Assembly: GCA_001724265.1 (NCBI GenBank)
Contig: MEDY01000015.1
Coordinates: 1-64,000 of the forward strand
Length of the DNA: 64,000 bases
Source of the DNA: Rhizaria sp. SCN 62-66
Lineage: Eukaryota
Reading direction: 5' to 3'
The notes below the pieces were generated by a model, which had not been told where the DNA came from, did not search any database, and worked only from the letters and a program-made list of their open reading frames with translations. Positions 11,085 to 24,900 of this stretch are shown here, piece after piece; the stretch's first letter is position 1, and each line of letters begins with the position of its first letter. Position numbers and translations under genes: made by a program.

Positions 11085-13700
11085 AGAATGGACGGATCAA
11101 GTAAAGCCAAAAAATAGCAAACCAGACGCACATGTGTACTGTCGTACGTCACAGCAAGCGGTTGTGGCTTCGATGGATGTATTGTGCGTTTAGGTTTTTT
11201 GTCTTAAATCTTTCGCTTCTATTTTATGTGTCTGCTGTTGTTGAGTGCTCGTGCTAATGCAAAAGTAAAGTGCTTCTGTAAGTGTGTTTGTGTTGCGGTG
11301 GTTGGTGTAACGGTTTCATATTACACTCGAGCTTTCGTTTATGTCGACTTTGTGGTTGTCTCTGCATGTTGTCTCCGTGCCAATGTTTGACATCGCTGTT
11401 TTGCACTTCTATTTCGTGGCTCATTGTTAAAGTAACACTGACCAGTGACACGGAGTTCGAAAAGACAGACGCGAATTGTTGCATTGGCGTTAAACACGTG
11501 CCGTGACATCGTTGCATGAACGCGCTAGAGTGATACGTTTCGTGGTTGCAGCCGCACTTAAGCACTTTTATCCTGTCATTTGTCTCTGTTGCTGCTGTTG
11601 CGTGTCGCCACTTAAAGCATTGCTTTAATACCGCGCGCGCGCACGCATGCACTCACAGTGACAAACTGTCCCTTAGACCTTGATTTTGTTTGTCTTTCTT
11701 ATCACTCCTTCTCTCGCGCTCGCTCTGTACCCCCTATCAATATCTTTTTCACTGGAGCACTCTTTTTTTTTTTGTTTTTATTTTATTTCGTTTTTGTTTC
11801 GTATCCTTTCTCTCGCGTACATTTTTTCATCGCGGTTTCGCATTCTCTCTCCTGTCGCTGTATGTCTGTCAAGTACAATTGTCGTAAGTCAAAGTCAACT
11901 CAAGGAAGTACATTTACATTGTTAGGCCGCGCGTTCGTAACGCTGGCGAGTGAGAGATGCTTATGAAGTTTTGTGTCTCGTTTTGTTGGTGACACACGCG
12001 CGCGCTCCGGCTGTCTGTGAACAGAAAAAAATCTTACTAACTACAAAACCTAAGAAACATTCCCACAAATATTAAAATAACAACGTCACGCGCGTTTTTT
12101 TAAATGTCTATTGGCACTCTCTCTTTGCGCTTTCTTTCTCTCTCGCCACATAGTCCACGCGGTAGCTGGCTCAGACTCGGTAGTTCTCCTCATGGTGATC
12201 GTCTGCTGAGGCTGTTTGGCTCTGTGTGGCTCTGTGTGCTGCGTGGGATTTAATTGTGCGGGATAACAAAGATGCAAATAGACCTACAAGAGGACGCGTG
12301 TACAAGTAACAAAACATAAATTACCCCAATACATGTACAGTCTTATTCAAAGCACTCACTTTTTTACTTTGTCTGAAATATACTTAACTGTAGACTTAAT
12401 TTTACTTCGTCTGTTCCATTTATGCTAAGCTCAAGCGACGTCAAAGTCACGCGCGTCACCTTCGTTATGAGCAATGACAGGATAACACGCAAAAGGGAAG
12501 CGTTTCAAGAAAACATCCAGGATTCAATTAGCTAAAGTATTTAAACCAATACTATATTGTTTCAGTTTCTCATTTTCGTTTTATTGGATCGTAAACACTG
12601 ATTAAGAAGAAAAACACCTAGTATCACTATCACACCACGAGTCCCGTACGTTTGAAACATTTTGTACTTGCATGCCCCCTGTTCGCTTTCAGCTCCTGCA
12701 CACAACAACATAGCGCTCAATTGCGCCCATACCGTCATTTGCAAAACGATGGATGTCAAACAGAGACGTCAACAAACAGACTGGCTTTTGGCGTGAGAAC
12801 AGCAACTGCCTTGCAGTGCGAAACCAACTGAACTAAACTGCGATATTGTGTGACTGAGTGGATGACTGCTCACGAATGGCACAAATGACTGATGGGAGCA
12901 AGAACAGTGTCAGGAGAAAAAGATACAAACTGTGGTTACAATCGAGACAAATCAGTCAAAAAGACAGACAGAGCTTGATTGAGTTCTGTGTGCCTGTTTA
13001 ACATCAAGTTCATGCGATAGCCAACACGTCTTGTTCATTCATGTCTTTTGTTTCACACTTTTCTTAGCCCTGTCACAGAGCCACATCCATCAGCAATACA
13101 TTGGAGAGCGAAGTAAAGAAAAGCTACGCGAAAGGCTTAAGCTTGAGAACAGCAACAGAGAGAGTAAGAGCAGCAGCAGACGGACACACAAGAGCTGACA
13201 ACGTCAACATCGCTCACAACGAAAACAATGACGGCGCGGTGGTCAGATGTGCGCGTTTCAGTGTGCTTACAGTTCGTTGCTGGGGGTTAAAAGAGCACAA
13301 TATGAGACAGTCCAGTCAAGTCCAGTCCATAGTGACATATAACGATACGGAACACAACACGACTAAGATTTAAGAAATAGAACAACACAGACAGACCATA
13401 CACATACTACGAAGACATACTTCTATAAAAAACACACACTTTGATATGACACATCTTTTCTATACAGTGATCGTGGCGAATCACACAACTTTTGGCAACA
13501 ATTACTACTTACATATCACAAAACAAAAAGCAACACAGAAGCCACGTCCGCGGCAGACATGTGCATGCCGCTTTTCGTGCACTCAAGCATTCGACTTCAC
13601 TGCACAGTCACGAGTACAGTCCAGAATGCACTTAGAGACTAAGTAAGATCTGATCTCCACCCATCCACCTTGCACATGGAATCTAAGTAGCTCGCCCCCC

Positions 13701-15188
13701 TTAGAGCCCTCCCGTGGAGCACTCGTAGAGCGCGACGTTGTGATCCGCAAGTCCCACGGCCAGCATCGCCGGGTTGGCGTTCCAGCTCATCGCCGCCGCA
13801 AACGCGGGCAGCGCGACCTTGCGCACTTCCCTGCACTGCTTGCTGATATCCAGCACGCGGACCGCCTTGTCATCGGCCGCGGCGAGGAGGTAGTTGCCCG
13901 ACGGGTGGACGAGCACGCTGTTGACCCAGTTCTCGCACACTGTGAGCGTGGCCACGCACTGCAGCGTCGCCATATCCCAGATCCGCACAGTGCGGTCGCG
14001 GCCCGCGGAGAAGAGGAACTGCCCTCCGGCTTCGGGGTGGATCGCGGCGGAACCCACCGACGGCGCGGCGGCAGTACTCGCGGTACTTGTGGTACTCGCG
14101 GACGCGGGGACCGGGTTCGCGTACCCTCCCGCGGCGGCGGCGCGCGCGGCGGCGATGCGTTCGCGGATGGCGGCGGCACGGGAGGACGCTGGCGCGGCGA
14201 GACCGTACGCGCGGCGGATCGCAGCGTCGGTCTTGGCGTTGGAGAACGCGACGCACTCGACGACGTGTTCGTGGTCGCTGAAGACGTGGAGACACTCGCC
14301 CGTGGTGGTGGACCAGATGCGCACGGTCTGGTCCTGGCCGCCGGAGGCGAGGACCGCGCCAGAGGGGGAGACGGCGATGGCACGGACCCAACCGTCGTGC
14401 TCGGTGAATGTGCGGAGACAGAAGCCCGTCGCGGGGTCCCAGGCCTTGATGGTGCCGTCGCGCGAGGCGGAGTAGAGCACGTCGCCGGCGGGAGCGGGGG
14501 CCGCGGGGGCGGCGGAGCCGCCGGTGAGGACGGACGCGGCGGACGCGGCGGCTGAGGCCTGCGAGGCCGATGCAGGGGTGAACGCGAGGGCGGAGACGGT
14601 GTGGTCGTGGCCAGTGAGGGTCTTGACGCACTCGAAGGAGGACATGTCCCAGAGCTTGACGTTGAGGTCCGCGCCCGCGGAGGCGAGCAGCGCGCCGGAA
14701 GGGGAGAAGGCGAGCGCGGCGACGGCGTCTGTGTGGCCGTTGAGAGAACGCTGGAACTTGCCCGTCTCATAGTCCCACAGCTTCACACTCGCGTCGTCGG
14801 ACGCAGAGGCGAGGTAGGAAAACGAAGGGTGGTACGCGACCTCGGTGATGGCGCCGCGGTGGCCTGTGAGGGTGAACTTGGGCGTGGACTTGGGTAGGGC
14901 GTCGGATTCGTCGACTTTCTTAACGCCGCCGTTCTTGGCAGCGTCCTGCAGCTCAGTGACTTGCGCTTCGAGATCAAGCACTTTCTTCTGCAGGCGGACG
15001 ATTGATTTCCACTTTTTCAGCAGCGCATCGTCGCTCGCGGCGGCCGCGGCGGCCGCGGCGTCGGTCGGCAGCCCGGCCTTGGCGGCGAAGGCGGCGGCGG
15101 CATCTGCGAAGTTGTTAGAGACCAGGTAACCGTGGATCGCCTTGTGCAGCTCTTCCTGCTGCCGGGCCGTCAGCGCTGCGGAGGCCAT
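13701..15188 (-). CDS. LIS1: LIS1/PAC1/NudF dynein regulator (LisH, coiled coil, WD40)
   Basis: LTARQQEELHKAIHGYL (LisH), KKWKSIVRLQKKVLDLEAQ (LIS1 signature helix), WD repeats such as LTGHRGAI...SASDDASVKLWDYETG and HEHVVECVAF. 495 aa; ends TAA. Confidence 0.95.
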   Translation of the reverse strand: MASAALTARQQEELHKAIHGYLVSNNFADAAAAFAAKAGLPTDAAAAAAAASDDALLKKWKSIVRLQKKVLDLEAQVTELQDAAKNGGVKKVDESDALPKSTPKFTLTGHRGAITEVAYHPSFSYLASASDDASVKLWDYETGKFQRSLNGHTDAVAALAFSPSGALLASAGADLNVKLWDMSSFECVKTLTGHDHTVSALAFTPASASQASAAASAASVLTGGSAAPAAPAPAGDVLYSASRDGTIKAWDPATGFCLRTFTEHDGWVRAIAVSPSGAVLASGGQDQTVRIWSTTTGECLHVFSDHEHVVECVAFSNAKTDAAIRRAYGLAAPASSRAAAIRERIAAARAAAAGGYANPVPASASTTSTASTAAAPSVGSAAIHPEAGGQFLFSAGRDRTVRIWDMATLQCVATLTVCENWVNSVLVHPSGNYLLAAADDKAVRVLDISKQCREVRKVALPAFAAAMSWNANPAMLAVGLADHNVALYECSTGGL

Positions 15189-15983
15189 GGCGCGGAGGAA
15201 ACAAACGGAGCGGGCAAAGGGAAGGCGCGGCGGAGCGCGGTTGAAGGAAAGGGAGACGGGGAGTGCCGGGGAAGGCCGGACAAGGGGCGGACGGACAGGG
15301 GCGCGCGCGGGTTTTGGGCTGGTGAAGGTTAATCTCTCTCACAAGGGTGCTATTGACTCTTGAAAGAAAAGTTACGGCTGCAGGAGAAAAGAAAATATGG
15401 CAATCCACTATTATTCATGAGTTAATGCTTGTTCGGAATGACGTGCATAGTGGGAGAGACGATGGTGAAGGAACGTTTCAGCCCGCTTCTTGCGTCGTGG
15501 TCGAGGCACGTGTCAGGGATACCCGGGCCGATAACAGTACATCGAGTGCGTTTCACATATTAAAGAGTTACGCAACCATGAGAATAAATCCAGGCACCGG
15601 CTTAATTGAGCTTGCACACGGAGTAGATGTCCCAATAGGCCTGCCTGAAGAGGAGGCTGTTGACCAGTCCGCCGAGCGAGGCGAGTGACCGTGAGCAGAC
15701 CAAGTCCCTGTCGCGCCCAAAATAAACCATCTGGATCTCGCCCATCTTTCTGTCAATAGAAATGATAATGACATAGTCGATATGCATTCTTGAAAAGGAC
15801 ACACAATCAAAACGACCACACTTGCTTTTGCGCGTTAACCTCTTCAAATCCGCACTTTTTTGTACCCTCGTGCCCCACAGTAGAGACTCTTTTCAGACTC
15901 AGAGCCTCCTTCCCCCACCTCGGCTTTCAACCCAACAGCCGCTCCTCATCCCTCGACCGCGCCGCAGTTCTTTCGCGTCTCCC

Positions 15984-18900
15984 ATGGACGTGCTGCGGCA
16001 CCTCCTGTCTGCCTCGGACGCCGAGGTCGGCCTGGTGTGCTCCTGGCTCGACGCCAACGCGCGTCTTCCCGCCACACACACCATACCACTCCGACTCGCT
16101 CTGCCGACGCCCCCAGCCACTGGCCCGACGGCCACTGAGCCCACGGCGTGCGCGCCGGAGACAACGTTTGGTGCCCTTGTCGCGGCGCTGACAACGGTTG
16201 TTCAGGACCAGAGCTACCCATTCGCGCTGCCGCTACCGCCTGTACCCCTCCCGCCGGCCACCGCTGCCGCCGTCGCCGCCGCGGCCGCCGCCGCAGCCAC
16301 TGCGACCGTCAGCGCGCTCCCCGCGGGCATTTCCAGCACTGCGTCTTCGCGCAGGCCGTCAACAGACTCAACTGCTGGCGTATACGGTGCGTACGCGTCA
16401 GATACGGCCTCTGTATCAGCTTCAGCTCACCCTGCTTCTGTCACGGATGTCGCATCGTCGTCATTCTCCGCTGCAGTTGTTGCGGGTCCTGCACCAGCGC
16501 CTGCTGGCGTGCCGGTTACACCCACGGAGGTTGCTGTGTCAAGTAGCGCGAGCCCGTTTGTCACAGCCTCACAAGCAACAACAACGACGACTGCTGCTGC
16601 GTTACCGAGGACTGCCCCGACGTCTTCAACGCCATTTACACTGCCATCAGCGCTGTCTGTCCAGTCGCGTCCTTTCCCTGCGCCCACTGCAACGCCTGCC
16701 GCTGCAGCTGCAGCTGCTGCAGTTGCGTCACAGTCGCGGCTGCAGCCGCAGCCGCGGTCGTTTGCAGCCGTGGCAGCGGGCCTTGGCTCTGGATCTACCA
16801 CCTCTGCAACCGCGGCGTCTGTTGTTGCGGCTGCGACAAGCAAATCTCCTGCTGTCGCTTTGACGACGGCGGCGACGGCGGCGGCGGCGGCGGTGCGAAG
16901 TAAGCGGAAGCTAATCACCCCAACCTCAGTGACTGCACCGGTGCCCGCTGCCACCGTGCCCCTGCCGTCCTCTGCCGAGTTAGAAGCGTCAGCAATGACG
17001 GCGACTGCAGCGACGGCCGCGGCAACAACAACAACGGTAGTGCCTGCGACTGGGGTTGAGAAGGGGGGCTCGGCGGTGTCGTGGGCTGCGGTGATGTCAC
17101 GCGGCTTACCTTCCAACAACGGCGCGAATATCTCAAATGGCAAGCCGATCAATCCCATCACCAATGTCGCGACGAACAATTACAACGCTAAGAACAGCGT
17201 TAGCGCTGCTAAGAGCAACACTGTATCTGCGGGACCGACTAAGTCCGTCCCCACTGCCTTTGCTGCTGTTACTGTTCCTGTTCCCGCCTCTGCTTCCGCG
17301 TCTGCATTTACGTTTGCGCCCGTCTCTGCTTCAGCTGTATCAGGGGCTGCGAACACGTCCAGTGTCAACACCACCACTGCAAAGCCAAGGAAGAAGGAGC
17401 TCATCAAGCCACAGCACGTCGAGGCAAAACCACCGCTTGGAGACGGAGCCAACAATTTCTCCTCCAGCACCCAAAACAGTAACTCTGCGACGGGCGCTGA
17501 TAACGGCAGTGGTGGGCAGCTGTCACAGTCTCAGTCACAGACACCCGCGCAACCACAGTTAAGCGCGGCCGCCCGCGCCCGCGCACTGTGCGTACTCGGG
17601 CGTATTTTCGCTGCGCTGCTATCCGCACCCGCGCTGCCGTCAGTTGCGGCCGCGCCGCAGTTGCTTGCGTGGCTGCTGTCCGTTGCGCCAACTCACGTGA
17701 TCTCACTCTCGCCGACGGCCAGTTTGGCTCCGCAAACAGTTGCCGCGCCGTCAGCGACCGGCGCAGAGTCTGCTTCGTTTCCGTGGCTGTTTACGAACGG
17801 CTGGGACGCGCATCTATTCGCGCTCACGGTAGCCGCCGCCGCCACACCCGACGTGAGTGGCAACAATTGCGCAGGATCATCTTCAGCAACAACTTCAACC
17901 ACTGGCACTGGCGCTGGCGCCGGCCTACTGGGACTCCCTCGTGCGTCTTTGGCACTGCTGCTGCCGCTCATTGGAACTGCGCACAGTCACCCAGCTTCAC
18001 AGACGACCCCATTTACTGCGTCAACTGTGCCTGCGGGTACCGATGAGAGTCAGTGCAAGTGCACGAGTGAATCGGACTGCACGTGTACGCGTGTTGGCGT
18101 CGACACAGCAAGTCCAGTGGAGGCCGCAGCGCGCCGTTTGTCTGCGCAGCTATCGTTGCTATTATCAGCGTGGCTTACGGTTGGCAGTGAGTATGAGGCT
18201 TTTGCGTACGATCCTACCGGCTCTGCGGCAGCTGCCGCCACGGTTGCTGCTTCTGCTGCAGCGTTAACATCAGCGTCAGCCAAAGCGGCTGCTGCGCACG
18301 CTGATGCGTACACGTCTAGATCTACCGCAGCCACGCACTCACCCATCACGATTGTTACTAAGCATGAAGTTAGTGCGACACAGACCGACTCTACTGCAGC
18401 TGCGGCGACCGCTGCTGCTCTGACGTCTCTGGCACGCACCAACACGAAGATCGCCACACTGGGTCCCTCGAGCCCTGTACCCGCGCCCGCAGTTGCGCCA
18501 GCGTACAGCCTCGGTCTCGGTCTCGGCATCGGGCTCGGCTTCGGCTTTGGTCAGACTGGCGTGGTCCGCGGTCGCAGCGGTGTCAAGCCCGGTCTTCATA
18601 ACACCAGCAGCACCAGCAAGCGCGGTGGCTCCCGCGCTTTGCCAGGGATGTTTGCCGGTGCGGCGGGCGCAGGTGCGAGCGCCAGAGCACGTGCACGCGT
18701 GCGGACGCGTGCTAAGGGACGCGGCAAAGGCCGTAGTAGCGGGGCTGCCGCAGTAGCTGGCAGCGGGAGCGAGACTGGCGGCGACGCGCACACTGATATC
18801 TTTGACAACGGCAACGACACCGAGCATAGCATCGGTACTGGCGATGAAAACGCTGTGGACGAACACACTTTGTTTGCGTTCAATGACAGCGGCAACGAGT

Positions 18901-21900
18901 ACGAGTACGATTTCCCCGGTGCTCGCGACGATGACCGCACGGACCAGGACTCGGACAACGGCCGCGCCCACGATGACGACGACGACGACATCAACCGTCG
19001 CCGTTGGTTCCGCCGTCGCAACGGTGCTCACGGCGACTGGGACCGCAGCGTCTGCAGCGATGGTGGCAGGGCCGCGGATCCCACTCGCGACGCCGGTGAC
19101 GACACTGGCACTGACGGTGATGGCGATGATGACAACGACGGTGCGCGGTCCCCCGCGCTGACGCCTGCGCAGACGCCGACACAGACTCCAACGCGTGGCA
19201 CACGCACACGTGCGCGCACTGCGGGCGTGAAGTCGAGTAGTAAGCCTGGCAAATCCCCTAGTATGTGCGCGGACAAGGGCCCCGCTGCAGCAACGGTTTT
19301 TGCGACATCGCCCGTGTCATCAATTCGCCGGCCAGTAGACTCGTCGTCTTTCTCGCCCATTGCTTCAGTGCAACATCAACAACAGCAGCAGCGACAGGGC
19401 ACGCCACACTCGCCGCCGCTGACCGGCCGCACGCGCACTCGCAGTCGCGGTAATGCCGCTGCCACCGCCATCGCGGGCGCTGCGGTGAACGCGAGCAGCG
19501 CTGCGAGTTCTCGCGGCAGCGGACGCAGTGGCAAGGCTCGGTCGTACTCGCACTCTCGCACGCGGTTCAGCGGCCGCACGCTGACGCCTCTGCGCCGCGG
19601 CGCGCCGTCCCGCTCTACAGCGGCCGCTCGTGGGGGTGGAAGCGAGAGTGACAGCGACGCAGAAGGCGACGACGGGACTGTGTGCGGAGGTGTCCCCCTG
19701 GGCACCGCTGTGTACACACACGGCACTGCACTTTGCGCCGCGTTCCCGTTGCCCGTTGCGACCAGCCAGAGTCGCGGCGCGAGCGGTAGTTACGGCGCGA
19801 CGCCGATGGAGCCCTCCGGGGCTGACTCCAGCGTCGACTGTATCATCAATGCTGCAGAGAGTGCGAGCGGAGTGGGCGCAGAGACTAAGGGTTGGACCGC
19901 TGTCGCGACAGCTGTGCCGGTGCCCGCAGTGCCTTCGGCCACGGCGGCGCAAAGCAGCTCGTTTCTGCTCGCGTTGCCCTCGGCGGCTGCCACTGGCGGC
20001 GCTGCCACTCCGCAGACTGGTTTCTACTTCAAGTCATCGTCGGGGGCAGTGATCTCGCTGTCGTCGACGGTGACTGCCACAGCGACATCATTACAACCGC
20101 ACGCTAAGTCGCACGCTATGTCGCAGTCACAGTCAAACATGACAGCAACAAAGGCACTGTCAACCGCCGCCCTGTCTGCCGCTGCCTCTGACGCTGTAAT
20201 TACCGCGCTCTCCGTCCGCGCCCGCACGCGCGCACTCGTTGCCCGCGCCTGCGCGCCCGCGCCCGCGCCCGCGGCTGCCCCAGCCTCGGCCGCGGGCCTC
20301 GCACTTGAGGGCCCCGGCGCAGCCGCACTGCTGCGGCGCAGGCTTTGGGACGGGCTCGCCCTCGCGAACGCTGCTGCGACGCCTGCCGGTGGGCCCGGCG
20401 GTGCGGGCGCGGGCGCGGGCGCTGGAGGCGCGGGCGGCGGCGGTGGGGGTGCGGCCTGCGGCGCTGCCTTTGTGTATGTCTCGAAGGCCCTTGCGTCACC
20501 GCCTGCGTCCGCGTCGTCTGCTGTTGCGACTTGCAATACTATGAGCGAAGCGGCGGCGGACGCGAGCTTCAACGCGGCAATGGCCGCTGTGCTGTCCCCC
20601 GTCGTGGGCACGCCTTCCGCTTCTGCCGCTGGCTCTGCTGGCGCTGCGCTGCTGTCGCAGCCGTCACCCTCGCCCGCGCCGTCGTCTCATGCACCGTCTG
20701 TTGCCCCTGGAGCGGGCTCAAACGCGGCACACGCTCGCTCAGGCCCTGGCCCTGTGCCGTCGGGGTCTGCTTCAAGCGCTGGCGGTGGCGGTGGCGGTGG
20801 CGGCGGTGGGGCGCAGGCGCCGGGCACGAACCAGGAGCTTGCGCTTGAGTGGCTGCTCGCTGTGAGCGACGCGGCTGAGGCTGCGGGTCGCGAGCGGCTT
20901 GACTTTGCTGCAGAGCGCACACCTGTTGACAGCGACGACGACGATGAGGATGAGGACTACAACGATAGCGATGATGATGACGGGCACTATGATGATAACA
21001 CTGATGCAAATGCACCTTATAGCAACACCGCTCTGGTGCCGAGCGGAGCTGGACGCGTCGCATTTCGCCCGTCGCAACAGTCGCTTCCGCATCCGTCACT
21101 AGCACCCGTGCCGTCTCTGCCTGCCGCTTCTTTGTCGTCGCTCTCGCGACAGATGCGCCGCCCTCCTGCGTCATCAGCGATGTCTTCGTCGTCCTCTTCA
21201 TCTTCGGCGTCTGCGTTCGCACCGGCACAATCTTCCACGCCTTCGCTTGCCGCAACGATTGCGGCCGCTGCAACTGCTGCTGCGGCCGCGTCAGTGGCGG
21301 CAGTCTCCCTTCCAGGCCCGTCACGCCCCCGTCACAGCCCGAACCGCCGCCGCAGCGGCCGTGCAGCTGCACGCGCCTTCCGCGCTCTGCTCTCAGCACA
21401 CGCGCGGCTGCTTTTCTCGACCTCAGCTAGGCCCTCGACGCGCGCGTCCGCCACTGCTGCCGCCGCGGCTGCTGCAGCTGTTGCGATGACTGTTGTCGTT
21501 AGCGGCGATGCCGGCGCTGGAGACAGGGAAGAGACGCTTGTGGTCGCGTTTCCCCACCCGTTGCCGCGCGCAGTGACGCGGTTCCTGCGCCATTGCCAAC
21601 CACAACAACAGCAGCAGCAATACCAACAACAGGCCGCACAGTATAACCATCAATCAGCGTGGTATAACAGCCAATTAGCGCGGCCGCCATACCAGCAATT
21701 TCAACCGCAAAGTAAGCCGAAAGCGCACGCTCAGTGGTCGGTGCCTCCGTCTCTGCGCGCACTGATCCAGCTGCCACCAGTCACCCTGCACCCCGCTAAC
21801 CTTTCCTGGTTTGCATTCGCGGTTGGAGAGCTCCTCACTCTGCCCCCTTCGTCCTCAACCGCTCAAGCTACCGCCGCCGACATGTTGTCGCCCACCGGGT

Positions 21901-24900
21901 CGAGCTCAGGTGTTGGTATGTCGGGGCGGCCGATGTCGTTGGCGGCACTGTCGCTATCATTGTCGCGCGCGCTCGCCGACGTTGAGCTTGGCGGGGCAGC
22001 GGATGCTGCTGAGTCTGTGGCTGTCACTGGCGCTGCTGATAACGTCGACGAGGCCAGCGGCTGTGACAGCAGCGACGGAAGCGACTTTGACGTTCCCGCG
22101 CTGATGGGCCTCCCAAATCAAGGAATGCCCCAGCACGCACTCACGCGTCCTCTGTCGCTTCCGCAAGCTCCAATGCTTGCTCCTGCCTTGGTACCAGCTG
22201 CGAGCCTGCCAAGCTCTCATGGCGCTGGTGTTACTCCCCGAGACCCATTCGCTGTGCCAGCATCCCCCGTGCCCGCTGCGGCGACTGCGGGGGCGACCGT
22301 TGGTAACGGCGGCAAGCGCGCACCCCGCGTGATCACGCCGACGCCGGCGCCCGGAGCCTGCACCACCGCGCTGACCACCGCGACCGCGACGGCGTCCGGC
22401 TCAGGCGCAACCGGACTCGCACGACCTGCGCTCTCGCCAGCAGCATCCGCCTTTGTCCCCGCCTTAGCCGCAGCTCCGGTTCAGGCCACGCCGCTGCCGC
22501 CGCCGCCCGCGGCGTTGGTTGCCATTACACCCCGCGCTACGGCCGCCGCTGCTGCAGCTGCGGTTCCCAAAAAGTCTCTGCCCGCATTGGCACGCGTTGT
22601 ATGGGGCGGCTACAGCGCCGTACCCGCTGCCCTCGCTCTATATAAGAATACGAGTGCCGTTAACAAATGCGCCAACACAGACAAGAGGGTGCGTGCGACT
22701 GCCCGTGCCACCGGGGCCGCCGCGAGGCGCGCTGACCGGCGCCGCGTGCGGCGACTGCTGTCAGGGCGCGAGTTTTTTTTCAAGTTGCTGCTCACCGTTG
22801 GCGACAGCTATCGGTTCACGACCGCGCTGTCATCATCGCTAGCTGCGCGTGTGCTTACGCTCACCGGCCCGCTGCCTGCCGACACGGCTGTCGCTGCGGC
22901 GACTGCGTCTGTCTCTCAGCAGAGCCAGATGCACGGCCAGCAGCAGGGGCAGGGACACGGGACGACGTCTCTGACCCCGGTGCTGCTGCGTGGTTACACT
23001 CCAATCAGCCACACTGCACAGACGCCGTCACCCGTCGCGAACCGTGGTCACAACGCCACTGCAAATCCCGGCAATGCCGCTGGTGCCGGCGGCGTTGCTG
23101 GCGGACAGCCGCGCACGCCGTTGCTGCCGCGCTCCAGCAGTCACACCCACCACGGCCACCTTCACAGTCACGTGCGCGGTCAAGCCAGCCCTGTTCCCAG
23201 CTTTATCTCCGGCTCTGGTGCCGGCGCTGGTGGCGCAGGGACGGAGGGCTACTTCGGCTCGCTGTCCTCTGTTCCGCTCATGGTGGGGTCATCGTCCCCG
23301 CTGCCACAGCCGCTTTCCGCCGCCTCTGCGCCTTCCCCGGTTCCGGCTCCCACCGGGCGCGCGAGCAGCAGGGGCGGCGCGGGGGCAACGGCAGCGGTCG
23401 TTTTGCCGGTGCCGATGCTGCTGCCGTCGATGTCAAGCGCGCAGCCCCACCTCGCCCAGCAGCAACAACAGCAACAAGGTCTGTCGCGGTCTCCGTCACT
23501 GGTGCAGCCGCAGTCGCCGTCGCACACGCCGACGCTTGCACCCGGGGCGCACACTGAGCACCCTCGGGCAAAGGCCCAATCGCAGGCTCAGGCGCAGGCT
23601 CACAGCCACGCGTTGGTGTCGTGGCAAAGCCAGCGCGGACAACAACATCTGGACGAGTCGACGCTCTATTGGCCGCCGACGCAGTCGGCGCCTGCGCTGC
23701 CGCCGCCCGTGGCGCTGGTGTTGGCCTTGCTTGCCCGCGGCCACGTTGGCTTCGGTGCGCTCAGCCGCGGTTTTGCACAGCTGCACTTGATTCCGCCGCC
23801 TGCGATGACTGCGAGCGGCGGACAGGTGGCCGTGAGCAATGGAGATGACGCAAGAGTGACTGTGCGCACGCGCGTGCTCTCACGCCCGCCTTTGCCGCTA
23901 CCACCTGCGGCTTTGCTGCCGCTGCGGCTATCTGAGCTACTTACTGGCGACCCATCTGCGACTTCTTCCGCGGCCGGCGTTGGCAACGGTAGGGTTGATG
24001 TTGCCGTCGAGGCGACGTCGTTCACGGCCAAGATGCTTGGCTTTCTCACAGACGCACACCGCAGCCACTCAGCACACGATCACGCACATCACCAGCCGCA
24101 GCAGCAGCAGCAACAACAACGCCAGGGTGATGTTGGATTCCTTTCGCTTGCCGCGGCCGCCGCTGCCGCCGCCATTGCATCCGCGCCGACTACAATGTCG
24201 GTGCCCTGGCATGTCTTATCTGCGGCTGACTCGGTAGCGGCCCCCACAGTCGCTGTCTCTGGCTCTGTGCCCGCGGCTGCGCTGGCCCGCGCTGTTGCTC
24301 TCACGCGCGCGCACGCATTGGCGACTCCAACTGACGGCCGCTCTGCTCACGGTCACTCAATGCGCGATCTCATGCAGCACGACGCAGCGGCGGAGTCTGC
24401 CGCTGCGAGCAGCGTTGCGGCGCTTACATTGGCTTCTCCTGGCGGCTTTGCGCGCTCGCAGTCACTCTCTGCGCAGGGCCTTGTGCCTCCAGCACTGCAG
24501 TACTCACAGTCCGTGACTGGAGGCGCTGACGACTCGCTGCCTTACACTGCCACATCAGCGGCTGCGTCCGCCGGTAGTTTGCTAATGCCGTCATCGGCAT
24601 CATTTGCCGCGCCTTCTACAGCAGCGGGCGCTCACGGCCACTTTCTCCCGCACAGCCACGCGCATCTGCCGGGCGCACTCCCCGCCGCCGCACTGCTGGC
24701 CTTCCTGGCGCGCGCGCTGGCGGCAGATTCTCTGCTGCCTACGCTGCCCTGGCTCGGCCCTCTGCTTGCTCCGGCCGCGCGCGCAGCCGCGGCAAATGCC
24801 ACGCAGACAGGGGCTGTGGCCGGCCAGACGGCGGCTGCACTGGCTGCGCTCGCGCTGCTGGCTGCGCTCTACTACGCCCCCGCTGCTGCAGACACCGTCA

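Noticed and set aside
15347-15688. 113-aa ORF in the LIS1/Codanin divergent spacer
   Set aside because: Non-ATG start, no motif and codon style unlike the real genes.
15822-15983. TTG-started 54-aa N-terminal extension of the 5614-aa ORF
   Set aside because: Eukaryotic gene; the region is pyrimidine-rich and UTR-like. ATG 15984 begins the Codanin-like N-terminus.
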